IMG/VR virus record: IMGVR_UViG_3300025913_000030
Coordinates: 1 to 64,000 of that record
Direction: 5' to 3' (one strand)
From: a virus
Length of the DNA: 64,000 nucleotides
Part shown: piece by piece, positions 1-7,769 of the stretch
How positions within the stretch are numbered: position 1 is the stretch's first letter
How the letters are laid out: every line of letters begins with the position of its first letter
Notes under the pieces: generated by a model
Databases searched by the model: none
Told to the model about the DNA's origin: nothing
Seen by the model: only the letters and a program-made list of their open reading frames with translations
Made by a program: the position numbers and the translations under genes

Positions 1-264
1 CGAGGCGCGGACGCTCGCGGTGTCCCAGGCGGTGACGCTCGCGCTGCCCGAGGCGGTGACGCTCGCGCTGCCCGAGGCGCGGACGCTCGCGGTGTCCCAG
101 GCGGTGACGCTCGCGCTGCCCGAGGCGCGGACGCTCGCGGTGTCCCAGGCGGTGACGCTCGCGCTGCCCCAGGCGGTGACGCTCGCGCTGCCCGAGGCGG
201 TGACGCTCGCGGTGTCCCAGGCGGTGACGCTCGCGGTGTCCCAGGCGGTGACGCTCGCGCTGCC
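1..264. repeat. Tandem 24-bp coding repeat (about 11 units)
   Basis: Variants of GGCGGTGACGCTCGCG(CTGCCCGA/GTGTCCCA) repeated head to tail with no spacers. Confidence 0.9.
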
Positions 265-366
265 TTTCAGAGTGAACTCTCCGTCACCGACGAGGTGGAT
301 GCAGGCGCCGGCCGACTTCAACGCGTCGTCGAGTTCCTGCTGGGTGCGCACATCAATGCACTGCAC
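1..366 (-). CDS. Octapeptide-repeat protein (probable beta-helix), runs off the left edge
   Basis: GTG at 366 with AAGGA upstream. Translates VQCIDVRTQQELDDALK...KGSASVTAWDTASVTAWDTASVTASGSASV... with no stop before base 1. Absent from the ORF track because it is truncated. Confidence 0.75.
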   Translation of the reverse strand, partial: MQCIDVRTQQELDDALKSAGACIHLVGDGEFTLKGSASVTAWDTASVTAWDTASVTASGSASVTAWGSASVTAWDTASVRASGSASVTAWDTASVRASGSASVTASGSASVTAWDTASVRAS

Positions 367-403
367 GGTTTACGTGTCCTTTGATAGATGGGGGTGGCGG
401 AGG

Positions 404-754
404 TTAGAAAAGGTCCCAGGCGGCCCAGACGATGTGGTGCCCGGTCGGGGTGGTCCACTCCCCCGTGCGGTCGGACAGCTCCTCGACCAGGTTCAGGCCC
501 CACCCGTGCTCGTCGTCCGGGCGATCGTCGGGGAGGGCGGCCGATCCGGGGTCGGCGACCACGAGTCGCGCACTGCGCCGGTCGCGCTGCGCGATCACGC
601 GCACGTCCCCGGGCAGCGTGTACAGCAGGGCGTTGGTCACCAGCTCGGAGAGGACCAGCGCGGCGTTGTCGGCGATCTCGGGCGGGAAGCCGGCCGCGAC
701 CGTGCGCCGGGCGTCGGACAGAGTCGTCGCCTCGCGGTTGAGGAGGAGGGTCAT
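404..754 (-). CDS. HATPase_c-type ATP-binding protein (RsbW/anti-sigma-like)
   Basis: N-box LVLSELVTNAL, a DxG motif (VADPG), G-box DEHGWGL, and C-terminal VW. Confidence 0.8.
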   Translation of the reverse strand: MTLLLNREATTLSDARRTVAAGFPPEIADNAALVLSELVTNALLYTLPGDVRVIAQRDRRSARLVVADPGSAALPDDRPDDEHGWGLNLVEELSDRTGEWTTPTGHHIVWAAWDLF

Positions 755-1290
755 CAGCCCTCCCCCGCACAGGATGCAGCGGTCCCGTCGGCGATCGAGC
801 TCCTGACCGCGGCGCGGACCATCGGGTCGTCCCAGGCACCGCGGTCGCCCTGCGGTCCACCGTGGTCGACGCGGGTCGCCGGAGCGGAGGATTCGGGGGA
901 GGAACCCCCGATCGCGAGCGTCACCACGGCGATCGCCTTGCTCAGGCCGAATCGCACGGCGTCGGGGTAGAGGCCGTCGCCCATGTCGCGGGCTTCCTCC
1001 CGCAGCTGGACCAGTGCGGCCTGCAGCCTCTCGGCCGGGATCAGGGACTTCCAGCCGATCGGGCGCTCGGATTCGGGCAGTGTGTCCACGGCCAGGGCGA
1101 AGTCTCGGGCGGCGGTCGCCATGCGCAGGCCGGCGCCGGTCTGCTTCACCCCGAGGTCCGGCGTGTCGGCCGGCGCGATCGACAGCCCGATCACCGCGAC
1201 CGCGGACCGGATCAGCTCGTTGAACGCCTGGTCATGGACGGTGTGCGCCGAGCACGCGACGTCGACGCGTTCCTGCAGGGTCTCGGCCAT
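754..1290 (-). CDS. Hypothetical protein
   Basis: ATG at 1290 overlaps the upstream stop, and its own stop overlaps the 754 start. Confidence 0.55.
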   Translation of the reverse strand: MAETLQERVDVACSAHTVHDQAFNELIRSAVAVIGLSIAPADTPDLGVKQTGAGLRMATAARDFALAVDTLPESERPIGWKSLIPAERLQAALVQLREEARDMGDGLYPDAVRFGLSKAIAVVTLAIGGSSPESSAPATRVDHGGPQGDRGAWDDPMVRAAVRSSIADGTAASCAGEG

Positions 1291-1517
1291 CACTCGGCGT
1301 CCGTGTCCTCGATCAGGGCGAGCACGGTCAGGGCGTCGCGGCCCTTGTCGGTCAACTGCAGGCAGATGGCGTGGTCCTGCGCGCGGTGCGCCGTCAGCAG
1401 TTCGGTCTGCAGCAGGTCGATCACGGTCAGGTCGAAGTTCGGGTCGTTCGCGTTGTCCTCGGGGTGGTCCCCGCTGACGATCGCGAAGACGGCCTCCTCC
1501 ACAGGCATGGGGGACAC
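1290..1517 (-). CDS. Hypothetical protein
   Basis: GGAAGGAG RBS; first gene after the 1571-1585 promoter. Confidence 0.55.
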   Translation of the reverse strand: MSPMPVEEAVFAIVSGDHPEDNANDPNFDLTVIDLLQTELLTAHRAQDHAICLQLTDKGRDALTVLALIEDTDAE

Positions 1518-1570
1518 GCGGGCTCCTTCCGCAAGTCGTGAGGGGTTTGCCGGACAAGCGTCCCACCCGT

Positions 1571-1598
1571 GTGACTATCCGTCAAGACAAATAGTCAC
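1571..1598. promoter_or_regulatory. Back-to-back copies of the 15-bp TTGACnnATAGTCAC motif
   Basis: Minus strand TTGACGGATAGTCAC (1585-1571) and plus strand AAGACAAATAGTCAC (1584-1598). Confidence 0.75.
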
Positions 1599-1894
1599 GT
1601 TAGTGGCCACTTACTTACTGGCGGGTAACAACGGGCCGGTTCAGGCGCAGAATCCGAACCGAGGGCCGGTTCCGGGAGGAGGTGGAGGTACCTCCTACAC
1701 CCTTATATGAGCGAGAACTTTTTGTATAAGTACGTACTTACACGCGACATACGACCTACGTACGTATTCACGTGTTTTGCGAAACGGCTATAGGAGAGAG
1801 GAACCCATCCCCCGAATCCGCCTGTTTCCTCCCCGCGCGCCGGAAACGGGTCCCGGTTTGGTCGAAGGTGCCGGACTTGCCCGGATCGTGACTG

Positions 1895-1909
1895 TTGACA
1901 TATAGTCAC
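1895..1909 (+). promoter_or_regulatory. 15-bp operator motif
   Basis: TTGACATATAGTCAC lies 4 bp before the ATG at 1914. Confidence 0.75.
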
Positions 1910-1913
1910 GCGT

Positions 1914-2141
1914 ATGTCTAACCAGATCATCTACAAGAAGGACTCTGACGCCGATCTGTGGGCGGAGGCCAAGCAACTGGCGAAGGACTCGCGCCAGTCA
2001 CTCTCCGAGCTGGTGACCGACGCACTACGCGCGTATCTGGGTGGCCCCCACCGCCCTGAACCGGTGCGGCGGACCGCGGTGCCCTACACCCCTTCCCCGC
2101 TGCCTGCGCCCGTCCCGAACCCGTTCGCCGCGAAGGACTGA
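1914..2141 (+). CDS. Ribbon-helix-helix DNA-binding protein
   Basis: NQIIY beta strand, then DLWAEAKQLAK and SLSELVTDALRAYL helices. Confidence 0.7.
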   Translation: MSNQIIYKKDSDADLWAEAKQLAKDSRQSLSELVTDALRAYLGGPHRPEPVRRTAVPYTPSPLPAPVPNPFAAKD

Positions 2142-2145
2142 GCAC

Positions 2146-2316
2146 GTGCCCAACAGGACTATCTACGTCAAACAATCCGACCAGGACCTCTGGTCAGCCA
2201 TCGAAGAGTTCGCCAAGCAGGAGAAGCGCTCGGTCTCCGACGTCATCGCGCAGGGAATGCGCCTGGTCGTGGACAAGTACGGGCCGGCTCCGCTCCCGGA
2301 CGAGCCGAACCGGTAA
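2146..2316 (+). CDS. Second ribbon-helix-helix protein (paralog)
   Basis: VPNRTIYVKQSDQDLWSAIEEFAKQEKRSVSDVIAQGMR aligns with 1914-2141; AAGGA RBS. Confidence 0.7.
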   Translation: MPNRTIYVKQSDQDLWSAIEEFAKQEKRSVSDVIAQGMRLVVDKYGPAPLPDEPNR

Positions 2317-2350
2317 CGCCTCAGCCGAGCCCACGTCTACACTCCTTGAC

Positions 2351-2635
2351 ATGGACACCGCGCAGTCACGGATGTACGACGCGGACTCGGGGACGATGAA
2401 CTCGGGCGCCTGGTACGAGCGCCCGAACGACACCCCGGCCGACATGCCGCTGCCGGTCGGCTCGGCCGTCACGCACCGGCTGTCCGGAGAGAGCGGCACG
2501 GTGACCGGCTACCTGGATCATCCGCACTCCGGCGAGCGGCTGCCGACCGTGCGCTGGGCCGGCCAGGAGGCCGCGGGCGCCGCGCCGGACCAGGGCTACT
2601 CGCTCACCTCCCTGACCGGGCCGGCGACCGCGTGA
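2351..2635 (+). CDS. Small SH3/KOW-like barrel protein (paralog of 43358-43585 and 43582-43986)
   Basis: VGSAVTHRLSGESGTVTG...PTVRWAG...QGYS; TACACT -10 element 7 nt before the ATG (leaderless). Confidence 0.6.
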   Translation: MDTAQSRMYDADSGTMNSGAWYERPNDTPADMPLPVGSAVTHRLSGESGTVTGYLDHPHSGERLPTVRWAGQEAAGAAPDQGYSLTSLTGPATA

Positions 2636-2904
2636 CGTCAGAGCAGAAGGCCGCGGCCGAGCGGCTCGAGGCGGCCGTGCGCGAAGCCCTGGAAGCACAA
2701 GGCCTCGGTGTCGGCGTGCTGACCGAGTTCGTGGTCGTCGCCGCCCAGGCCCGGTTCGAGGACGACGGCTGCGGGTCGACAGGGGTCTACTACCTGACCA
2801 GCGGTGACGGAGTGCCCTACTACCGACTGCTCGGCCTGTTGGACTTCGCCCGTGTCGCCTTGCGCGGCGAGGTGCACCGACAGCTGTCCGAGGACGAGGA
2901 ATGA
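2632..2904 (+). CDS. Hypothetical protein
   Basis: GTGA overlap with the previous gene; high-GC3 codon pattern. Confidence 0.6.
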   Translation: MTSEQKAAAERLEAAVREALEAQGLGVGVLTEFVVVAAQARFEDDGCGSTGVYYLTSGDGVPYYRLLGLLDFARVALRGEVHRQLSEDEE

Positions 2905-2953
2905 CGGAGGAATCGGGAAACCTCCCGATCCCTGCCGACGCGATGAAGGATGG

Positions 2954-3238
2954 ATGATGACGGAAACCTCCCGGCCCTCGGTGGGCCGGATCGTGCACTA
3001 CGTCTCGTACGGGACGCCCGGCGGCGAGTACGGCAAGGAGTGCCGCGCCGCGATCGTGACGGAGGTTTCGGCTGATGATCCCTCCATCGTCGGTCTATGC
3101 GTGCTCAATCCGACCGGACTCTTCCTGAACCAGGGCTGCAAGCAGGACGAGGGAAGTCTCACGCCGATCTCGATCAACGGCGGCCCGGCCTCGCTGCCGT
3201 ATCCGGGCGGTACCTGGCACTGGCCCGAGCGGGTCTGA
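2954..3238 (+). CDS. Phage hypothetical protein
   Basis: PSVGRIVHYV...RAAIVTEV...GTWHWPER, a pattern I recall from other phages; AAGGA RBS. Confidence 0.65.
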   Translation: MMTETSRPSVGRIVHYVSYGTPGGEYGKECRAAIVTEVSADDPSIVGLCVLNPTGLFLNQGCKQDEGSLTPISINGGPASLPYPGGTWHWPERV

Positions 3239-3409
3239 ACCGATCGGAGGATGTGGGAAACCTCCCGCATCGCGCTACGCTGGCGGCTCAGGTTTCAGGG
3301 CGGTGCGAAGCGTCGCGGCATGCCTCGCGGTGGCGGGGTCGCGCGACCGGGCGTCAGAGCCGTCTGTGTCCGACGGGACCGAGCCTGACGTGACGGCGAG
3401 GCCGTAAGT

Positions 3410-3444
3410 CGAGACCCCCGGTGGCCGAAAGCACGGGGGTCTCG
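3410..3444 (+). terminator. GC-rich hairpin, possible terminator
   Basis: CGAGACCCCCG...CGGGGGTCTCG stem with no U-tract. Confidence 0.45.
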
Positions 3445-3469
3445 GCGTCTGCGCGTGCCCGTGCCTCAT

Positions 3470-3485
3470 TCGAACACTCGTTCTA
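3470..3485 (+). promoter_or_regulatory. Actinobacterial LexA (SOS) box
   Basis: TCGAAC-ACTC-GTTCTA, one mismatch to TCGAAC-N4-GTTCGA; overlaps the -10 TAAGCT of the leaderless ATG at 3496. Confidence 0.75.
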
Positions 3486-3495
3486 AGCTGTCGCC

Positions 3496-3798
3496 ATGGC
3501 GCAGGATCTTCCGCAGGCGCTGACCCGGATCACGCGCAGCGAGTGGTCGCGCTTTCCTCCCGAGCGCGTTCGCCGTGTACGGACCCCGGCGGTTTACTGG
3601 ACCGGATCAGGGTTCGCCCCCGCCCTGGTGACCGGTTGGTGCCGGTACTACGGCGAGTGGTTCGTGCGCCTTCGCGTGCGCCGCGACATCTGGCGCGACC
3701 GCGAGGACTGGTACTCCTACACCCCGGGCCGGCTGCTGCCGGTCGAGCTCGACGCGCGGGACCTGCAGGACTGGCTGCCGCGCCGCCAAGGGAATTGA
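3496..3798 (+). CDS. Trp/Arg-rich hypothetical protein, predicted SOS-inducible
   Basis: ORF directly downstream of the LexA box. Confidence 0.65.
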   Translation: MAQDLPQALTRITRSEWSRFPPERVRRVRTPAVYWTGSGFAPALVTGWCRYYGEWFVRLRVRRDIWRDREDWYSYTPGRLLPVELDARDLQDWLPRRQGN

Positions 3799-3824
3799 CG
3801 TATTGTCATGGTTTTGACGACAAT
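3795..3824 (+). promoter_or_regulatory. Promoter carrying a degenerate copy of the 15-bp motif
   Basis: TTGACGTATTGTCAT; TTGACG-N18-GACAAT upstream of the ATG at 3834. Confidence 0.45.
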
Positions 3825-3833
3825 GTCCGTATC

Positions 3834-4190
3834 ATGCAATACCGCTGGGACGAGCTGCTGGACGGCGAGCCGCACATCTACCGTGCCGGCCGCGACTTCG
3901 ACGGTTCCCCGGACCAGTTCGCGAAGCTGATCGAGAAGACCGCAGCCGCTTTCGGCCTGACCGCTCTCGTCAAGGTCGACGGGCAGTTCGTCGCCTTCCG
4001 CGCAGGCAAGGCGCAGCATCAGAGCGCCCCGGCCCTGTCCTACGGCAACGAGGATCAGGCCGCGCATTGGGCCGCGCTGCACGCGCAGGGCAGCACCTAC
4101 AAGCAGATCGCGCAGGAGGCCGGCGTCTCGTACCAAGCGGTCTACCGTGCGATCAGCCGGCACACCCTGGAGCTGGCCGATGCCCGGTAA
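3834..4190 (+). CDS. HTH-domain protein
   Basis: C-terminal GSTYKQIAQEAGVSYQAVYRAI helix-turn-helix. Confidence 0.65.
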   Translation: MQYRWDELLDGEPHIYRAGRDFDGSPDQFAKLIEKTAAAFGLTALVKVDGQFVAFRAGKAQHQSAPALSYGNEDQAAHWAALHAQGSTYKQIAQEAGVSYQAVYRAISRHTLELADAR

Positions 4191-4683
4191 GGCGGTCGAG
4201 CCGGCCTTCACCGCCCCTGACCCAGGGGACCTGAAGGCACGCCAGCGCTACGCGATGGAGCTGCGCACCCGGGCCTACAACGTGCGCGAGATCGCCGACG
4301 AGATGGGCACCACGCCCTCGGTCGTCAACGTCTGGATCACCAGCGCGCTGCGCGAGTACATCCCGGCCGAGCTGCGCGAGGACGTGCGCGCCCTGCAGCT
4401 GGACCGCTACGAGCGCATGCTCAAGATCTACCTGGCCCTGCTGCCCAATTGCCGCAAGGTCGAAGAGGTCGAGAAGGTCGGCCGCCTGGTCACGCAGGTG
4501 ATGCAGCGCATCGACGTCCTGTGCGGTACCGAGCGGCCGAGGGAGCTGAACGTGTCCGGCGAGATCACCCCGGTCACGCAGCTCGACCTGGAACTGCAGG
4601 AGATGATCCGGGAGGCCAAGGCGCGCGCCGCCGCCGAGGAGGTCGAGATCCTCGCCGAGGAGGAAGAAGCCATCGATGGCTGA
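4180..4683 (+). CDS. HTH protein, probable terminase small subunit
   Basis: AMELRTRAYNVREIADEMG HTH, a helical core ending in RIDVLCG, and a position upstream of terL. Confidence 0.55.
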   Translation: MPGKAVEPAFTAPDPGDLKARQRYAMELRTRAYNVREIADEMGTTPSVVNVWITSALREYIPAELREDVRALQLDRYERMLKIYLALLPNCRKVEEVEKVGRLVTQVMQRIDVLCGTERPRELNVSGEITPVTQLDLELQEMIREAKARAAAEEVEILAEEEEAIDG

Positions 4684-4954
4684 TCAAAGCTACTACTTTC
4701 AGCAGATCGTCACCGAGAAGGACGCCGACTCGCCGGTCTACCGGCGCGGCATGAAGGACCTGCTCGCCAACATCGTCGAGGCCAACGACGCCGTCCTGAC
4801 CGACGTCGAGGTCGTGCGCTGGGACCACGACGAGCAGATCAACAAGCTGATCCCGCCCGGTTTCGTCCTGCTACGCGCACAAGGCTGGGCCAGGGAGTTC
4901 GACGTCGACCTCGCCGAGGCCGGCGAACAGTCCGCAGTGGAGAACCTGGGATGA
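4676..4954 (+). CDS. Hypothetical protein
   Basis: Overlapping chain of genes; codon bias. Confidence 0.55.
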   Translation: MADQSYYFQQIVTEKDADSPVYRRGMKDLLANIVEANDAVLTDVEVVRWDHDEQINKLIPPGFVLLRAQGWAREFDVDLAEAGEQSAVENLG

Positions 4955-5181
4955 CGGCACGAGGCAGAGCCGACGGGACGGCGGCACCGACCGCTCCCGC
5001 GGCGCACACGATCCAGGTCGTACGGGCCCAGGACGGCGCGATCGAGCTGGAGCACGACGCGTGCGGCGGCCGGTGGGCGGTCCCCGTGGAGACCGTCGTT
5101 CCGGTCACGATGCTCGACGTCATCCACACCGTGATCGACCACCAGTGCGCGGCTGCTGCCCCGGCCGCATTGGCGGCCTGA
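4951..5181 (+). CDS. Hypothetical protein
   Basis: ATGA overlap; HxxC...HxC pattern. Confidence 0.5.
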   Translation: MTARGRADGTAAPTAPAAHTIQVVRAQDGAIELEHDACGGRWAVPVETVVPVTMLDVIHTVIDHQCAAAAPAALAA

Positions 5182-5337
5182 GATGGGCGACAAGAAGGCG
5201 TGGCAGGCATCGGTCATCGTTGAGCACGCACCCGTCAGACAGGACCCTGTGATCCGCTACGGCGTTGCGCGGGCGTGGGCTATGACGGTCGACGATCGGG
5301 AGGTTCTGATCAACCTCCCATACGGCGTGGTGATCTG

Positions 5338-5703
5338 GTGAGCTTCGACAACCAGACCCCGCTGCCCGGCTGGCCCATGGACACCGGCGGCGTCACCGGC
5401 AACGGCAGCGCTCGCAACACTGTCAGCCAGCCCAGCTCGCTGAGGTTCGACGTGCACGCCGTCAGCCCCGCCCAGGCGCACGTCAAGCTCGGCAGCGCCG
5501 TCGTCGGCTACGTCAACCGGTACCAGGATCCGCAGCACGGCGACCTGTACTCGGCCACATTCCACGACGCCGTCCTCGCCATGGCGCCGCAGCTGCGCAA
5601 GACGCAGACCGGCTTCCACACCCCGGCCGACGCCGCGAACCACATCGCGGACAACACCCGGGACATCGCGCAGATCGAGAACATCGGGAGCTGGCGGTCT
5701 TGA
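5338..5703 (+). CDS. Hypothetical protein
   Basis: Coding-like codon usage from GTG 5338; start uncertain. Confidence 0.5.
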   Translation: MSFDNQTPLPGWPMDTGGVTGNGSARNTVSQPSSLRFDVHAVSPAQAHVKLGSAVVGYVNRYQDPQHGDLYSATFHDAVLAMAPQLRKTQTGFHTPADAANHIADNTRDIAQIENIGSWRS

Positions 5704-5882
5704 TCAGAGTTCGAGTGGGGCCCGACCACCTCAGCGGCGGTGTCATCGTCGCGATCACGCAGCTTGAGGAGGGCGTGGACGACCAGCGCGCGCTGCGCAA
5801 GGACTACGACGACGAGCGCAGGCGCGTCGACAAGCTGACGGACGCTCTGGTCGGCATCGCGCAGAAGGCGACAGGTGCCTGA
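5700..5882 (+). CDS. Small coiled-coil hypothetical protein
   Basis: Overlaps the previous stop codon. Confidence 0.4.
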   Translation: MIRVRVGPDHLSGGVIVAITQLEEGVDDQRALRKDYDDERRRVDKLTDALVGIAQKATGA

Positions 5883-6060
5883 GTGGTCACCGAGGTCGGC
5901 GGGATCACCTTCCTCCCGATGGACGACCCGGCTGACTGGGAGCCCGGCGGCGCGGCCTGGGACCGGTCGGCGTCCCTGTTCGAGGACGTCGGCGCACTGA
6001 TCCGCAGCACGGGCCCGGACCACACCGCGCAACGGGACGAAGACCGAGAGGAAGGCGTCG

Positions 6061-6255
6061 ATGGCCGAGAAAGGTAAGGCAGCGTCCGGACCCCGCAAGT
6101 CGCCCGGCCCGAACCACAGCAAGGCCCAGTGGCGATTCCTGTTCGCCACCCACAAGCCGTTCGCCCATGAATGGGCCGAGCGCAACGTCGCCGAAGGCGG
6201 CAAGAAGACCGCTTTCCGGGCGCTGCCCGAACGCAAGGGAGCCCGTAAACGATGA
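6061..6255 (+). CDS. Small basic hypothetical protein
   Basis: SKAQWRFLFATHKPFAHEWA core, Lys/Arg-rich; GAGGAAGG RBS. Confidence 0.55.
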   Translation: MAEKGKAASGPRKSPGPNHSKAQWRFLFATHKPFAHEWAERNVAEGGKKTAFRALPERKGARKR

Positions 6256-6698
6256 GACCGTCCGACCGCATCTCGCACATCCGAGACCACGCGAAGTGCC
6301 ATCGGCACCGCGATCTGGACATCGAGCTGCGCGAGCTCGAAGCCGAGCTGCTGCAGCTCGAGGCAATCGTCCGGGCGTTCGTCCCGGCGCACGTCACTGT
6401 AACCACCCTGGAGGATTCCGTGTCCAACACCTACCCGCTCGGTTCCAGCCCGAGGCTCGCCGCGGCCGTGGCCAACGCCGAGGGCGTGCCGCTTCCCGGC
6501 ACTCCGGTCTCCTGGACCGCGAGCGCGGGCACGCTGGTGACCGACCCGTCCAACCCGGACGTGCGGCTCCTGACGAACGCGCCGCTCGGCGACGTCACCG
6601 TGACCGCCACCACGGACAACGGCGTGTCCGGCTCCGACACGATCACGATCGTCGACAACACCCCGGCGTCGGTCACCGTCACCGACTCCGCTTCGTAG
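6252..6698 (+). CDS. Ig-like domain protein
   Basis: VSWTAS...GDVTVTAT...SGSDTITIV beta-sandwich pattern; possible internal start at 6420. Confidence 0.55.
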   Translation: MRPSDRISHIRDHAKCHRHRDLDIELRELEAELLQLEAIVRAFVPAHVTVTTLEDSVSNTYPLGSSPRLAAAVANAEGVPLPGTPVSWTASAGTLVTDPSNPDVRLLTNAPLGDVTVTATTDNGVSGSDTITIVDNTPASVTVTDSAS

Positions 6699-6777
6699 CA
6701 GGACCCGGACGGCCGCGTCTGCCCAGGGGCGCGGCCGTCTTGCTCTACCACCGTCCCCACATGAGAGAAGACCCCTG

Positions 6778-7440
6778 ATGAGCACCGACACCGAGACCCC
6801 GTCCGTCCCGCCGGCCACGAAGCCGCCCTACCTCGGCCGGATCGTCTACGTCGAGCGCGCCGAGCCGAGTCAAGAGAACACCACCTACTACGACGGCTCC
6901 TACCTGATCTACCAGGAGACCTCGGCCGAACTGTCCGGCCTCGCGGTGTCCAAGATCAGTGTCTATGACCTGGGCAGCGGCGGTCAGCACCTCCCCCTCG
7001 TCGGTTCCCGTGCGTACAAGGTGCTGGCGGTCGACGACGCGGGCGAGGACATCCTCGACGCCGTTGACCAGGCCGTGACGAACGCGGTCGACGTCCTGAC
7101 CGGGAAGGTTAAGGGGAACTGGATCCTGTCCGTGTACGAGCAAGCGCTCTCGCGGGCGATCAGGATTCGCCGGATCGTGCGCAAGCAGCTGGGCCTGCCC
7201 GACGTGCCTGTCAGCGCCGAGGTGAGCGCGCCCGCGGAAGCCGATCAGGGCGACGCGACGGACGTTTCCACACTGCTCGCCCCACTCACCGAACTGTTGC
7301 GGCCTCTGAGCATTGCGGGCGCCTCGGCGGAGTTGCACGTCGTCTTCCCGCCGGCCAGCGAGCAGGAGCGCAAGGACGAGACGGCCCGACGCAGTTCGGC
7401 GCAGCGGATCGCTGACCAGATCGCCAAGAGCCGGGCGTAA
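6778..7440 (+). CDS. Hypothetical protein
   Basis: 220-aa ORF with codon bias. Confidence 0.6.
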   Translation: MSTDTETPSVPPATKPPYLGRIVYVERAEPSQENTTYYDGSYLIYQETSAELSGLAVSKISVYDLGSGGQHLPLVGSRAYKVLAVDDAGEDILDAVDQAVTNAVDVLTGKVKGNWILSVYEQALSRAIRIRRIVRKQLGLPDVPVSAEVSAPAEADQGDATDVSTLLAPLTELLRPLSIAGASAELHVVFPPASEQERKDETARRSSAQRIADQIAKSRA

Positions 7441-7450
7441 GGAGGCTGGG

Positions 7451-7759
7451 ATGCCGGACGCGGCCGAGCTCGACCGTCACTTCGCCGGCCTGTTCACCGA
7501 GCAGGCGGCCGACTACAGCACGGCTGCGTCCGGCGGCACGCTGACTCTGGACATGATGCGCGAGGCGCTGGACAAGGTCTACAACGCGCCGGTCGTCTGG
7601 CACGGCTCGCAGCAGGATCCGCACCTGTATTCACCGAACCCGCGCAGCTTCTACCACCGATTCTGTGTCGAGTGCGGGATGCCGCGTGATCAGGAGGCTG
7701 CGGAGGCTGTGATCGAGGTCCTGCGCGCGGGACTGGCGCGCAACGATATCAATACCTGA
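7451..7759 (+). CDS. Hypothetical protein (CxxC)
   Basis: GGAGG RBS and a CVEC motif. Confidence 0.55.
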   Translation: MPDAAELDRHFAGLFTEQAADYSTAASGGTLTLDMMREALDKVYNAPVVWHGSQQDPHLYSPNPRSFYHRFCVECGMPRDQEAAEAVIEVLRAGLARNDINT

Positions 7760-7769
7760 TCATTAGACC

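Noticed and set aside
1-264. CRISPR array
   Set aside because: The repeats are contiguous 24-mers with no unique spacers and they encode an in-frame octapeptide repeat.
20-970. 316-aa plus-strand ORF
   Set aside because: It is the antisense shadow of three minus-strand genes that have RBS or family motifs.
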